From positions 1 to 64,000 of IMG/VR virus record IMGVR_UViG_3300044732_000737: DNA of 64,000 nucleotides; one strand, given 5' to 3'. Shown piece by piece: positions 48,301 to 55,953 of the stretch (position 1 is its first letter; each line of letters begins with the position of its first letter). Source of the DNA: a virus. Both the position numbers and the translations under genes were made by a program. The notes below the pieces were generated by a model. That model had not been told where the DNA came from. It did not search any database and worked only from the letters and a program-made list of their open reading frames with translations.

Positions 48301-49738
48301 AATCATCTAAGCTTTCAACGAATTGTTGAATCCATGCTTTTTGTTCTTGATTAAGAGCCTTAGAATTTTTAATAAAGTCTATACGTTCTTGTAATACATT
48401 AAAGTCTGGATCATAAAGTAAAGTAGAACTTTGTTCGCCTGTGAAAGGATCAAAGCTATTGTTACGTTCATCAAACTCATTGTTTGCTCTAATTCGAACT
48501 GATCGTTTACCTGCTAGAGTAGTACCACGATAATCTACTAAAGAAATAGTCTGAGCAGTATTCTCAGTGTCTGCAATATACATTGCCTTTAACTGTTTAG
48601 TAGCCTCTGTATTCCTCATTAGTTCATATGGTCTAGCCACATTAATTGCAAACAGATTAGACTCTGCCTCGGCTACAGCTGACTGCCTAGTTGGGAAGAA
48701 ACTTGTTCTTGCATTATCAAGCTTCCTTAATGCAGCAATGCTTAGTTGTTGACCTTTAGCAGTCGTAAATGCTTTTACATCCAAAATACCTTTCTGTAAT
48801 AGTCCAGCACGCTCCTCACTACCTAGATGTTTAACTTGAACCATCATAGGCTGGCGCTTAAGCCAAGAACCGTAAGTTTCTACTGGTGGTAAACTACCAT
48901 CAACAAGTTTTTCAGAAGTTTCTCTTAGCTTGTTAACCTTTACTCTTGTATCTTTTGCCTCAGCAGCTTTTAATAGTTCTTCTTTGTTCTTTAAAACAGG
49001 AACCATAGAGCTACGGCAATTCCAGTGAAGTGGTGGTCTAAATCTTAGATCATCAATCTTGTATACTTGGCCATCATGGTGTGCACAGACTCTTGAAGTT
49101 CTATTGTCTAGTACAGCAGTAAATCTGTAACCTTTTAAAACCTCTTTATTACGATCCATTACTAAATTAAGCGCTTGTGCTTGTGTATTAGTAATAGCAG
49201 TCCTAACTAAAACCTTAGCCTGAACCTCAGTCAGGGTGGTTGTTTTAATTACATCTGAAATAATTTCTTTTACTGGCTTATTGTCTGCTAAACCAGATTT
49301 AATCTTTCCATCAATCCTAGCAAGTTCACTCGTACCAACAGTATCAAAGTGATCCCTTAAGCTTTTGGATGCTGTAATGTTAGGTCCAATAAGTTTAGGA
49401 ATAGCATCACTACCCCTAGGCTTTTGAACTCTGAAGAATGAACCAGCACTCTTCTCTAAATTGTTAGCATGAAAGCTTACAGAGGCATCTGCATAGTCAC
49501 TAACTGAATTGCTAGCAATCATGTGCAACTCTTTTGTTGCTCGAGTTACCTCTGGCTTTACATCGGCCTTAATGTTCTTTGTTAAGAGTACTCTAAGGCG
49601 CTTTTGATGTCTACGAATGCCCCTACTTACATTAGTGGAGGTCTCCGCTTCATATAGTCTTGTATCAGCTAAGTGCTGTACAATTCTGTCATAAATTTCC
49701 GTATTAATAGGAGTTGGCATATTTCCCCTTGATACCAT
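45302..49738 (-). CDS. MuF (SPP1 gp7 / Mu gpF) minor head protein fused to a single-subunit RNA polymerase (probable start MPTP at 49720)
   Basis: N-terminal: LVRTAIT...YRFTAVLDNRTSRVCAHHDG...PPLHWNCRS...ETYGSWLKRQP. C-terminal: DGRGRVYY, NDASSSGAQ (A), KAAKAQNMVSFYG (B), VNGNHMNDAA, TIHDAF (C). One uninterrupted ORF. Confidence 0.92.
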   Translation of the reverse strand: MVSRGNMPTPINTEIYDRIVQHLADTRLYEAETSTNVSRGIRRHQKRLRVLLTKNIKADVKPEVTRATKELHMIASNSVSDYADASVSFHANNLEKSAGSFFRVQKPRGSDAIPKLIGPNITASKSLRDHFDTVGTSELARIDGKIKSGLADNKPVKEIISDVIKTTTLTEVQAKVLVRTAITNTQAQALNLVMDRNKEVLKGYRFTAVLDNRTSRVCAHHDGQVYKIDDLRFRPPLHWNCRSSMVPVLKNKEELLKAAEAKDTRVKVNKLRETSEKLVDGSLPPVETYGSWLKRQPMMVQVKHLGSEERAGLLQKGILDVKAFTTAKGQQLSIAALRKLDNARTSFFPTRQSAVAEAESNLFAINVARPYELMRNTEATKQLKAMYIADTENTAQTISLVDYRGTTLAGKRSVRIRANNEFDERNNSFDPFTGEQSSTLLYDPDFNVLQERIDFIKNSKALNQEQKAWIQQFVESLDDSVSVNQQTAIAENLRVIFERYNNDKQPWVNFMNVTRGEMQYSVVNTSRILDRRSRARSQQFDSYGVAGEPAKVQIFGKYYTFDEIIENNIDNQRYVRNWATTEGRPLARSLYYTGRTPVYTWFRGAPRIGVDNFKDKVVKFLLSNVPGAKLFFKDKVPSERLIDEFLRNRREDYRKIVDLEFLFGKRRQSYLNQLVEGGLNDKKAIDTLSKVLTVVADGKSTDYDSLAINVGKTLRESWNVADFPFFKPTLQDYHADGSQILTALKDKGYIRVLMRGKTRRSVVDLETGRASGPWRDTVSREVQILNKDMLNLQRANRSALLAKRIGINSDRDKLYVRPGAKTYFDARGNNTGIPIITRRANANYDRVLIDRDFADMLNHTMSVKYEVDNEYAGFMEDVVRFRDPRGNVKKYDDLNDFRKLILTRGDQGYSFMQTVKYHRDTGKPFSVVANIDGRGRVYYQGFLTPTGGEVVRPFLNTAKAEAVTPEIVQELMIQTGSMIGPATEALTQAGRMEIFMRNQRDILSLGRLMRETTQRDRRIREFLEHPIIRATEAEEIPKISRLAIEYARIYDHVGGDFTDVNKLATYKTKLMIENDASSSGAQIIGLSTGDRDISINSNVLPTLQKNRLYDLVAMDTVSDPEFQKIQGLRDANVQWTDLQKAAKAQNMVSFYGAGKATQAANIEAKFASVLETKGYTVVTREELRGVTNIIDAKIKEADRLGAENVVFGLKQLKRELNEVVEGETSVGQELLAHARDSHPDVEAFVDKLMNARKGLIGPQDFKAVSEIMSRRLAERAPVTQKFVQFWKEAAKAYVDETQKVDVPWVTFDGKTLYQRYRPKIQTSIEFYDKEANRMVRNIYEDRAEDASLLGKSSLQRAGIGMGVNGNHMNDAAIVRRFHLWGRKSGIETATIHDAFFTNIGQAAKSKVALREIYADALEGETIEKTLLALKEEGMSNETYNRLRQKAIEDGLLNPRNKITRKDILAPIPKGMDWYGIGP

Positions 49739-49765
49739 ACAATATATGCATCAAGGATGCCCGTA

Positions 49766-51391
49766 TTATACAGTGTTGTCGTTGTCATCGTCCCTATTAT
49801 TAGGGCGCATATTATCTGTGTCTGAGATAGAAGAATCTATGCTCATTGCCTTAGTGTCTACTAGAGGGTCACTCTGGATCTCTGCTATGCCATCTTCATC
49901 GTTGTACTCAGCTGGGAGCACATCATTGAACTTAGCAATAGAAATAAATGTAGAACGTGGAATAATACCTTGCTGGTACCACTCTGTAACTAGTCTCATC
50001 CAGTCTGCGCCTACTGGTGTAGGATTAAAGTCAGCACTTAATGTGAACTTAATATCTGTTGGAAGAACATCAATATTGTATTTCCACTTAAGCATTACTG
50101 TAATAATCTGTCTCATTGTCTCTGAGATACGAGTATTGAGCATACCTAGTTGGGCAGTCTGAGCAGCATTACGGATTTCTAGACTTACGCCTGACTCACC
50201 TGAAGAGCCCTCTGGTGAAAGCATACGAATGCCCATACGAGCCATTTCTTCAATAGTAGCCGCAATAGCTTTTTCCATATCTGCTAAAGCGCCTGTTGGA
50301 GTGTCCAATGCTCTAATGTCGTCTCCAGCACGGAGCTTAATCCATGAGCCAAGACCTGCCTCTACAATAGTTTCAAACTCTTCATCAGTCATATCTGACA
50401 TTACTACTGGAGTGTATGTAGCTGCACCATAAAGTAAGTGATTACGTCGGCTAATCTTGTTGTACAAGGCAATCTCACGATCAATCAATGATTGTAGGAT
50501 TGGTTCAACAGGGTCGATCTGACCATTCAATGGATAGGCAGGAATGAAGTTCATTCTCTCACCGTTCATCAAAGGTACTTCTGTACGTGTCTTTACCCAT
50601 GCTGCATTAGCATTGTCTGTTTGATACTTGGATGTAACATTACCATTAATAACGCTTACAGACTCATTAGTGTCTCGTGTGTAAGTATCTACGACAAGCA
50701 GTCCTGACTCATCTAAATAATAGTGAGTAACAGTGTCTACATAGTCTGGGTGGAATTCATTTTTAGAATAGTCTTCCATGTAGTAACGGAAAAGTAAACT
50801 TGTTAATACTTGTTTGTTAGTATTACGGTCTTGACCCCTACGCCAGTTAATAATGTTCTCTGCTTGAATGAGCATTACATATGGGGACAAAGCCTTGGCC
50901 TCTTCCATAGTGAGAGCGTCTGGATTAGCTACTGTAGGGTAGTCTACCAAACACCAAGCCCTAGAAGACTGTAGCTCTTCCCATATAGCCGCATCTAAGA
51001 AACCATGTAGTGAAGTACCATCAGCACCAAAAGAAGTACGAATCCAGTCTTCAGTTCCTTCAGGAAATACATTCTCTGGAAGCTCAATAGCTGCTTGCTT
51101 ACGTAATAAGCCGCCTACAAGAACCTTAGCATACTGTGCTGTTAGTCCAGGAAGCTCACCCTCAGCACGATAAAAGTTGTACTGTTGCGAACTCATTGTG
51201 GGAGAGAAGGGTAATAGTAAGTTATTGTACGTTACAGTATCAATTGAGTCATCATATGCTCTTGCATGAGTCTGTCCATTAAGAACAGCTCTAGCCCTCT
51301 CCCAGAGAGGCCGCATAGACTCATATGCTGCGTTAGGATCCCCAAGGCTCTTCGTCTTAGCCTTTGATGGGGTCGTTGTTAGGTTTGCCAT
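49766..51391 (-). CDS. Portal protein (DUF4055-type)
   Basis: YNFYRAEG, LVDYP, AENIINWR, acidic C-terminus; directly upstream of MuF. Confidence 0.9.
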   Translation of the reverse strand: MANLTTTPSKAKTKSLGDPNAAYESMRPLWERARAVLNGQTHARAYDDSIDTVTYNNLLLPFSPTMSSQQYNFYRAEGELPGLTAQYAKVLVGGLLRKQAAIELPENVFPEGTEDWIRTSFGADGTSLHGFLDAAIWEELQSSRAWCLVDYPTVANPDALTMEEAKALSPYVMLIQAENIINWRRGQDRNTNKQVLTSLLFRYYMEDYSKNEFHPDYVDTVTHYYLDESGLLVVDTYTRDTNESVSVINGNVTSKYQTDNANAAWVKTRTEVPLMNGERMNFIPAYPLNGQIDPVEPILQSLIDREIALYNKISRRNHLLYGAATYTPVVMSDMTDEEFETIVEAGLGSWIKLRAGDDIRALDTPTGALADMEKAIAATIEEMARMGIRMLSPEGSSGESGVSLEIRNAAQTAQLGMLNTRISETMRQIITVMLKWKYNIDVLPTDIKFTLSADFNPTPVGADWMRLVTEWYQQGIIPRSTFISIAKFNDVLPAEYNDEDGIAEIQSDPLVDTKAMSIDSSISDTDNMRPNNRDDDNDNTV

Positions 51392-52117
51392 TTAAAGTTT
51401 CTCCTCCATAAGCATCCTAACAATCTTCGCAACGATGTCTGAGCGAACAATATCGTCTACACCAAACTCGATGATAGGAATGTCAATGTTATGTTTCTTG
51501 CATAGTTGGACAAATTTAAGAATGTCCTTACCACTGTTAATATCACTCTGGGCAGGATCGCCACAGAGGACCATTTTAGAGTTCTCACCAAGGCGTGTTG
51601 TAATCGCCTTTAACTCTTCAAATGTTAAATTCTGACACTCGTCTACAATGACAAGTGAGTTTTCATAAGATCGACCACGAATAGTTTCTAGTGGTTGGAT
51701 CTCGATTGAACCTTTGTTTACTAAGTACTGATAGAAGCCTAACCCGAAAGACTTCTCTAAAACACTAGTAATAGGCATTAACCAAGGAGCCATCTTATCA
51801 GCGATGGTCCCTGGAAAATGTCCTAAAGATTTTCCCGTAGCTACATTAGCTCTACTTAAAATTATTTTGTCATACTTGCCTGTTAAGAACAAGGATGCTA
51901 CCATAGATGAGGAGCAATAAGTTTTACCTGTACCAGCGCAGCCAATAGTGACAGTGATAGGGTAATGACGAATTGCAGTAAGGAGATTGTCCTGTTTGTC
52001 ATTCTTAGGTTGAACGTGGAATGGCCTTGGGGCCTTAATAACTTTAACATTAGATTGGTAATCCTCAATATGTGATACTTGAGCTTGTTTACGTGGAACT
52101 TTACGGGTTTTTTGCAT
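51392..52117 (-). CDS. phoH: PhoH-family ATPase
   Basis: GCAGTGKT, LGHFPG, RGRSY, IVDECQN, TRLGENSK, GDPAQSD, DIVRS. Confidence 0.95.
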   Translation of the reverse strand: MQKTRKVPRKQAQVSHIEDYQSNVKVIKAPRPFHVQPKNDKQDNLLTAIRHYPITVTIGCAGTGKTYCSSSMVASLFLTGKYDKIILSRANVATGKSLGHFPGTIADKMAPWLMPITSVLEKSFGLGFYQYLVNKGSIEIQPLETIRGRSYENSLVIVDECQNLTFEELKAITTRLGENSKMVLCGDPAQSDINSGKDILKFVQLCKKHNIDIPIIEFGVDDIVRSDIVAKIVRMLMEEKL

Positions 52118-52128
52118 TAGCTAAATCC

Positions 52129-52311
52129 TTACTTCTTTGGTACTTCAGTACCCTCTAGCTTTTTATGAACTTTAATTTCTTTACAGACTTCTTTAGACTT
52201 ACCAGTCTTAGGATCTTTAGTCTCTTTACAGACCTTCTTTGTTGTTGGCTCTGCTGAATAAACAGTAGGAACAACAAACAAAAGGGCAAATAGTAGTGCT
52301 AATTGTTTCAT
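52129..52311 (-). CDS. Small secreted Lys-rich protein
   Basis: Signal peptide plus two Cys (KKVCK...EVCK). Confidence 0.65.
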   Translation of the reverse strand: MKQLALLFALLFVVPTVYSAEPTTKKVCKETKDPKTGKSKEVCKEIKVHKKLEGTEVPKK

Positions 52312-52320
52312 TTTAATCCT

Positions 52321-52767
52321 TTAAATAGGAGGATGATCTGGAGGTGGAGGAGCTAGCTTACCACCATAACCTGTAGTTACTTGCGGTTGTGGAGGTGGCG
52401 AAGCTTGTTGCATAGGTGCATTTTGAGGAGCTGCCATAGGGGTAGCCATAGGCTGACCTGGAGGTGGCCCTGAAGCAGCACCAGCCATCTTCTCTTGACC
52501 TCTTGACCATGCAGTAATACCCAGTACAGCACCCATAGCCATATGGAACAAACCACCACCCTGAAGGGTTAATGGAGCCCACTGTCTAAAGGCATCATTC
52601 TGAACAGCAGTTTCCCAGAACTGTACAATTGTAAACATAATAGGAAACAAGATAAAGTCAGAGGCACATACACACATGTACATTACTGCCATCATTGGAC
52701 GCCACTTTTTCTGGATCCAACTTTCTTCTTCTTTCTTAGGAGCCTCGTCCTTAATTTCTTCTGACAT
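52321..52767 (-). CDS. Holin-like membrane protein
   Basis: WIQKKWRPMM.., two hydrophobic segments, AVLGITAWSRGQEK, Pro-rich tail; lysis-region context. Confidence 0.55.
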   Translation of the reverse strand: MSEEIKDEAPKKEEESWIQKKWRPMMAVMYMCVCASDFILFPIMFTIVQFWETAVQNDAFRQWAPLTLQGGGLFHMAMGAVLGITAWSRGQEKMAGAASGPPPGQPMATPMAAPQNAPMQQASPPPQPQVTTGYGGKLAPPPPDHPPI

Positions 52768-52776
52768 AAGAATTCC

Positions 52777-53325
52777 TTAAATTGTTAGTGGTAGCCACAA
52801 CCATACGGCTTGTGACATTAGCAGTGATGCTACAGCACCTACGCCAATACTGGCTCTAAATAGATTACGATTAACAGCAAGAATAGATGCGGTTAATAAC
52901 ACGATAGCAATCTGGAATAGTGACCCTGCATAAGTATAGAATGGAGAACGTTGTTTAGCTACTGCTCTCTCAGCCTCTAGCTTACGAGCCTTGGCCATAA
53001 GTTCTTTCTTACCTTCGCCTGTAGCAGGTTCAGATTCATACCTGTCAATCTTCTTTTGTAATTCTTCTGCCTTAGCGGTGTTACCTTTGGATAGAGCATT
53101 CTCTTTAGAGATTTCAGCTAGGCGACCTTTGATGTCCTTAGACTGATAGAATGCCCATGTGTTGTTTGCATCGATTGTGTTGTTCAATACCTTAGAACTA
53201 TTAGATCCACCCATAAGAGTGTTAATAGCTAACAATGCAGCAAGCACTGTAATAACCCAGCCAGCCTTATCCTTTAGTAGAGCTTCTCTTTCGCTTCTGC
53301 TTAGAGGTTTCTTTTCTTCTGTCAT
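52777..53325 (-). CDS. DUF4337-like membrane protein
   Basis: AALLAI...ANNTWAFYQSKDIK...LFQIAIVLLTASIL. Confidence 0.7.
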   Translation of the reverse strand: MTEEKKPLSRSEREALLKDKAGWVITVLAALLAINTLMGGSNSSKVLNNTIDANNTWAFYQSKDIKGRLAEISKENALSKGNTAKAEELQKKIDRYESEPATGEGKKELMAKARKLEAERAVAKQRSPFYTYAGSLFQIAIVLLTASILAVNRNLFRASIGVGAVASLLMSQAVWLWLPLTI

Positions 53326-53333
53326 AATGCTCC

Positions 53334-53486
53334 TTAGAAAGGTAGGTATTTGTTGATTAGGCCATTAACGATTCTGTCTGAGAGATCATTTGGTAAATAT
53401 TTAAGGAAGCCTAGGAAATATAAAGCTACAGCACCGTAGCAAAATATTTTAAAGCATAGGTCTGCAGTCTTCTGATACTCGTTCAT
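53334..53486 (-). CDS. Small membrane protein (50 aa)
   Basis: Manual translation MNEYQKTADLCFKIFCYGAVALYFLGFLKYLPNDLSDRIV... Confidence 0.6.
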   Translation of the reverse strand: MNEYQKTADLCFKIFCYGAVALYFLGFLKYLPNDLSDRIVNGLINKYLPF

Positions 53487-53977
53487 CGTCCACACCCACC
53501 TGGAGGACATAGATTGCTAAGTTCGTTAATGCCAACAAACAAGAGAAACAGTACAAAGAACACAGCACCAACAGCAATAGCTATTTGTGTATAGTACTCT
53601 TCATCCTCTTTAGCCCTCTTCTCTGCATCTTTAAGCTTTCGCATAGCAATGGCATCATCACGATCCATCTCAGCTTGGCGAGATTTAATTTTATTCCATA
53701 CATCTATCTTACCTGTCTGCATAAAGAGCATCTTTAACTCTTCCTCAAATGCTCGAGCTTGCTCAAGAGCCATTTCGATTTGCAGTGCAGTGCCCATATT
53801 AGAGCCTTTGCCAGACTGTTTAGCTTCGATCATAGCTCTAGTGGCTACGCTCTTAGCATCAAACATCTTACCGATCATAGGGGCTAACGAGCCCAGATCA
53901 TTGGCTACCTTACTAGCCTTCTTAACCATGCTAATTGCTGATTGTATACCAGCAAGAGCTGTGATTGGATCAATCAT
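53483..53977 (-). CDS. Conserved phage protein with C-terminal TM helix
   Basis: MIDPITALAG...; coupled ORF. Confidence 0.7.
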   Translation of the reverse strand: MIDPITALAGIQSAISMVKKASKVANDLGSLAPMIGKMFDAKSVATRAMIEAKQSGKGSNMGTALQIEMALEQARAFEEELKMLFMQTGKIDVWNKIKSRQAEMDRDDAIAMRKLKDAEKRAKEDEEYYTQIAIAVGAVFFVLFLLFVGINELSNLCPPGGCGR

Positions 53978-54129
53978 TTTCTTTTCCCTTTATCCGTTTT
54001 GTCATTGTTCTTCCACTTTAAACAACTGACCTTACGGTTATAAACGGGTCCCTGCCATGTCCATCTCTCACAGACGGGGGCTTTTGGGTCATAACCAGCT
54101 AACACTAAGGTAAGAAGAATAGTAGACAT
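53974..54129 (-). CDS. Small secreted protein (51 aa)
   Basis: Manual translation MSTILLTLVLAGYDPKAPVCERWTWQGPVYNRKVSCLKW... Confidence 0.55.
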   Translation of the reverse strand: MSTILLTLVLAGYDPKAPVCERWTWQGPVYNRKVSCLKWKNNDKTDKGKRK

Positions 54130-54744
54130 TTACACACCTAGTACATGGAGTGCATGTGCATAGTGCTTTTTACGGTCCTCGATACCAATGGTACCTCCGT
54201 TAATTTTTCTTGTTAATGTCTCTATATCGCCTTGATCTGCCCATTTATTTAAGTTATTAGTTTCCCAGAACCAGCAAGCACTCTGTGCAGCACCTTCAAA
54301 GGTACTCATGTACTCACTAGCTTCCTCTGCGGAAATACCAATAGACTCAGCAAACCAAAAATAATTATCTTTACCTGTTAACTGTATTAGGCCTCTACCA
54401 GAGTACCTATATCCATCTCCTGAAGCCTCATCTCCATTACCCATACGATTAGCGTAGACCTTGTTAGCAATAGCTTCAGGCTTACCTGCGAACTGCCTTG
54501 CTAGTTCATCATTAGGGAAATACTTAGGGAAGATTCTTCGGAGTGTCTCCCAACGATAGTTGAGATTTTCTTTAATCATTGTAAACTCGCCTGACTCATG
54601 AGCACATTGAGCAACGAATGCTGCAATACGCTTCTCGGTATCAATACCATAGTCGGGTAGGAGTTGTTCTAAGGCATGATGCCAATATGTGACATGCTTA
54701 TTACGTGGAATAAGTTGTCTAAGCTGATCTAGTGTTAGTATCAT
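54130..54744 (-). CDS. Endolysin, glycoside hydrolase family 19
   Basis: AAFVAQCAHES, ENLNY, ANKVYANRMGNG, GRGLIQLTG, TRKINGG. Confidence 0.93.
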   Translation of the reverse strand: MILTLDQLRQLIPRNKHVTYWHHALEQLLPDYGIDTEKRIAAFVAQCAHESGEFTMIKENLNYRWETLRRIFPKYFPNDELARQFAGKPEAIANKVYANRMGNGDEASGDGYRYSGRGLIQLTGKDNYFWFAESIGISAEEASEYMSTFEGAAQSACWFWETNNLNKWADQGDIETLTRKINGGTIGIEDRKKHYAHALHVLGV

Positions 54745-55004
54745 TTAAGCGCCTCAAACAGTTTCTTTTGTTGTGTATACCACTCACTCCAACCTTCAAC
54801 ACGGTTAGCACATAAGTGATATTCGGAATAGTTAGTCACAATGGTCTTTGTGAGTTCTGATAGCTCAGGCTTTTCGTCTGCTACCTTTAATTTAGGGCAC
54901 AGAGTAAGTAACTCTTTAGGTGCCTCTGGGAACTTGGCCACTACAGGGACTACTGTAGAGCATCCTGATATTACTAGGGTAGACAATAGTATAAGCTTCT
55001 TCAT
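54741..55004 (-). CDS. Outer-membrane spanin (Rz1-like lipoprotein)
   Basis: Lipobox VISG-C, Pro-rich, CP..L and Y..C patterns. Confidence 0.8.
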   Translation of the reverse strand: MKKLILLSTLVISGCSTVVPVVAKFPEAPKELLTLCPKLKVADEKPELSELTKTIVTNYSEYHLCANRVEGWSEWYTQQKKLFEALK

Positions 55005-55390
55005 TGTGTAGCCGCCTTATTGTGTATTGTAATAACCTCTGGAGGGATCTTACATTGATCATTGTATTTAACAATCTCACGATCAATATATTTGATCTGC
55101 ACATCAGCAGCTTCTTTAACGATCTTCTCTTTAGTTACTATTTTGGTTACTATTTGTGTGTTAACCTCAGACTTCTTAGCCTCTAATGCTGCTATTTGTT
55201 CCTCTAGTGATTTAACCCTAGCTTCCCAGACATTATTACAAGACTTATATCCTGCAATAAATAATGCAGCAAATATTAAACCTACAGCAATAGGTCTATA
55301 ACGGTCAAACTCTTTAACTACAAAACCTAGCAAGCCCACCATAAAGACAATAAACACTAACCACATTGGTATATAGTTAATTAAAAACAT
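55001..55390 (-). CDS. Inner-membrane spanin (Rz-like)
   Basis: N-terminal TM helices, coiled coil, C-terminal CKIPPEVITIHNKAA. Confidence 0.8.
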   Translation of the reverse strand: MFLINYIPMWLVFIVFMVGLLGFVVKEFDRYRPIAVGLIFAALFIAGYKSCNNVWEARVKSLEEQIAALEAKKSEVNTQIVTKIVTKEKIVKEAADVQIKYIDREIVKYNDQCKIPPEVITIHNKAATQ

Positions 55391-55424
55391 TGTAATCCTT
55401 TTGGCTAACGCCAGTTATAAAGAA

Positions 55425-55493
55425 GAGCAGTAGTGGGATTCGAACTCACATTCCAGAGATAACGTCTGATTCTACCTATTGAACTATACTACT
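55425..55493 (-). tRNA. Degenerate tRNA / tRNA-like element (atypical anticodon arm, no encoded CCA)
   Basis: AGTAGTA-TA-GTTC AATAGGTA GAAT-CAGA CGTTATC TCTG-GAAT-GTGAG TTCGAAT CCCAC-TACTGCT. Acceptor, D and T arms recognisable; anticodon stem only 4 bp. Confidence 0.6.
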
Positions 55494-55497
55494 CTAG

Positions 55498-55539
55498 TGA
55501 CGCCTTTTACTGTAGCGACAACAGCCCTAAGGTGGGTTC
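55498..55539 (-). ncRNA. Candidate structured RNA (two hairpins plus pseudoknot) just upstream of the tRNA-like element
   Basis: GAA-CCC ACCTTA GGG-CTGT TGTCGCT ACAG-TAAAA-GGCGTCA; loop 2 can pair with the 3' GGCGTCA. Confidence 0.35.
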
Positions 55540-55582
55540 TTGCTGAATATCTCATGAACTTAATCACTTGACTATCAGATTG

Positions 55583-55873
55583 TTATTTAAATTTGTTTGT
55601 CCACTTAACTACCCATGCCCAATAAGCAGCACTCATTCTGCCCTTCTGGATATCAGCCTTATGTCTAGCATAGAAGGCTTCTCTACGTGCTTGGTAGGAG
55701 TCTGACTCACCATCCTTGGGAGGAGACCCAGTAACACCTTGAGCACCAAAGCGAATAAGCTTAATAGTGTCACCTTCTTTGGCTAACACTGCATGTGAGT
55801 TAGTTGAATTACCTGGGGTTTTCTTTGGTTTGTTATAACCTTCAAAGGTTTCACCACGATATTCAATAGCCAT
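55583..55873 (-). CDS. Conserved phage hypothetical protein
   Basis: GYNKPKKTP...KLIRFGAQG...RREAFYARH...SAAYWA. Confidence 0.75.
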   Translation of the reverse strand: MAIEYRGETFEGYNKPKKTPGNSTNSHAVLAKEGDTIKLIRFGAQGVTGSPPKDGESDSYQARREAFYARHKADIQKGRMSAAYWAWVVKWTNKFK

Positions 55874-55953
55874 AATTATTTCTTCCTACGCTTGTGATAA
55901 GATTCTTCACGCTTTTCATTATCACGTTTCTTTTTATTTGACATAATAATCCT

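Noticed and set aside
55425-55493. Stop-codon recoding suggested by the TTA anticodon
   Set aside because: Long ORFs are intact under the standard code and TAA, TGA and TAG all end genes; the tRNA arm is non-canonical.
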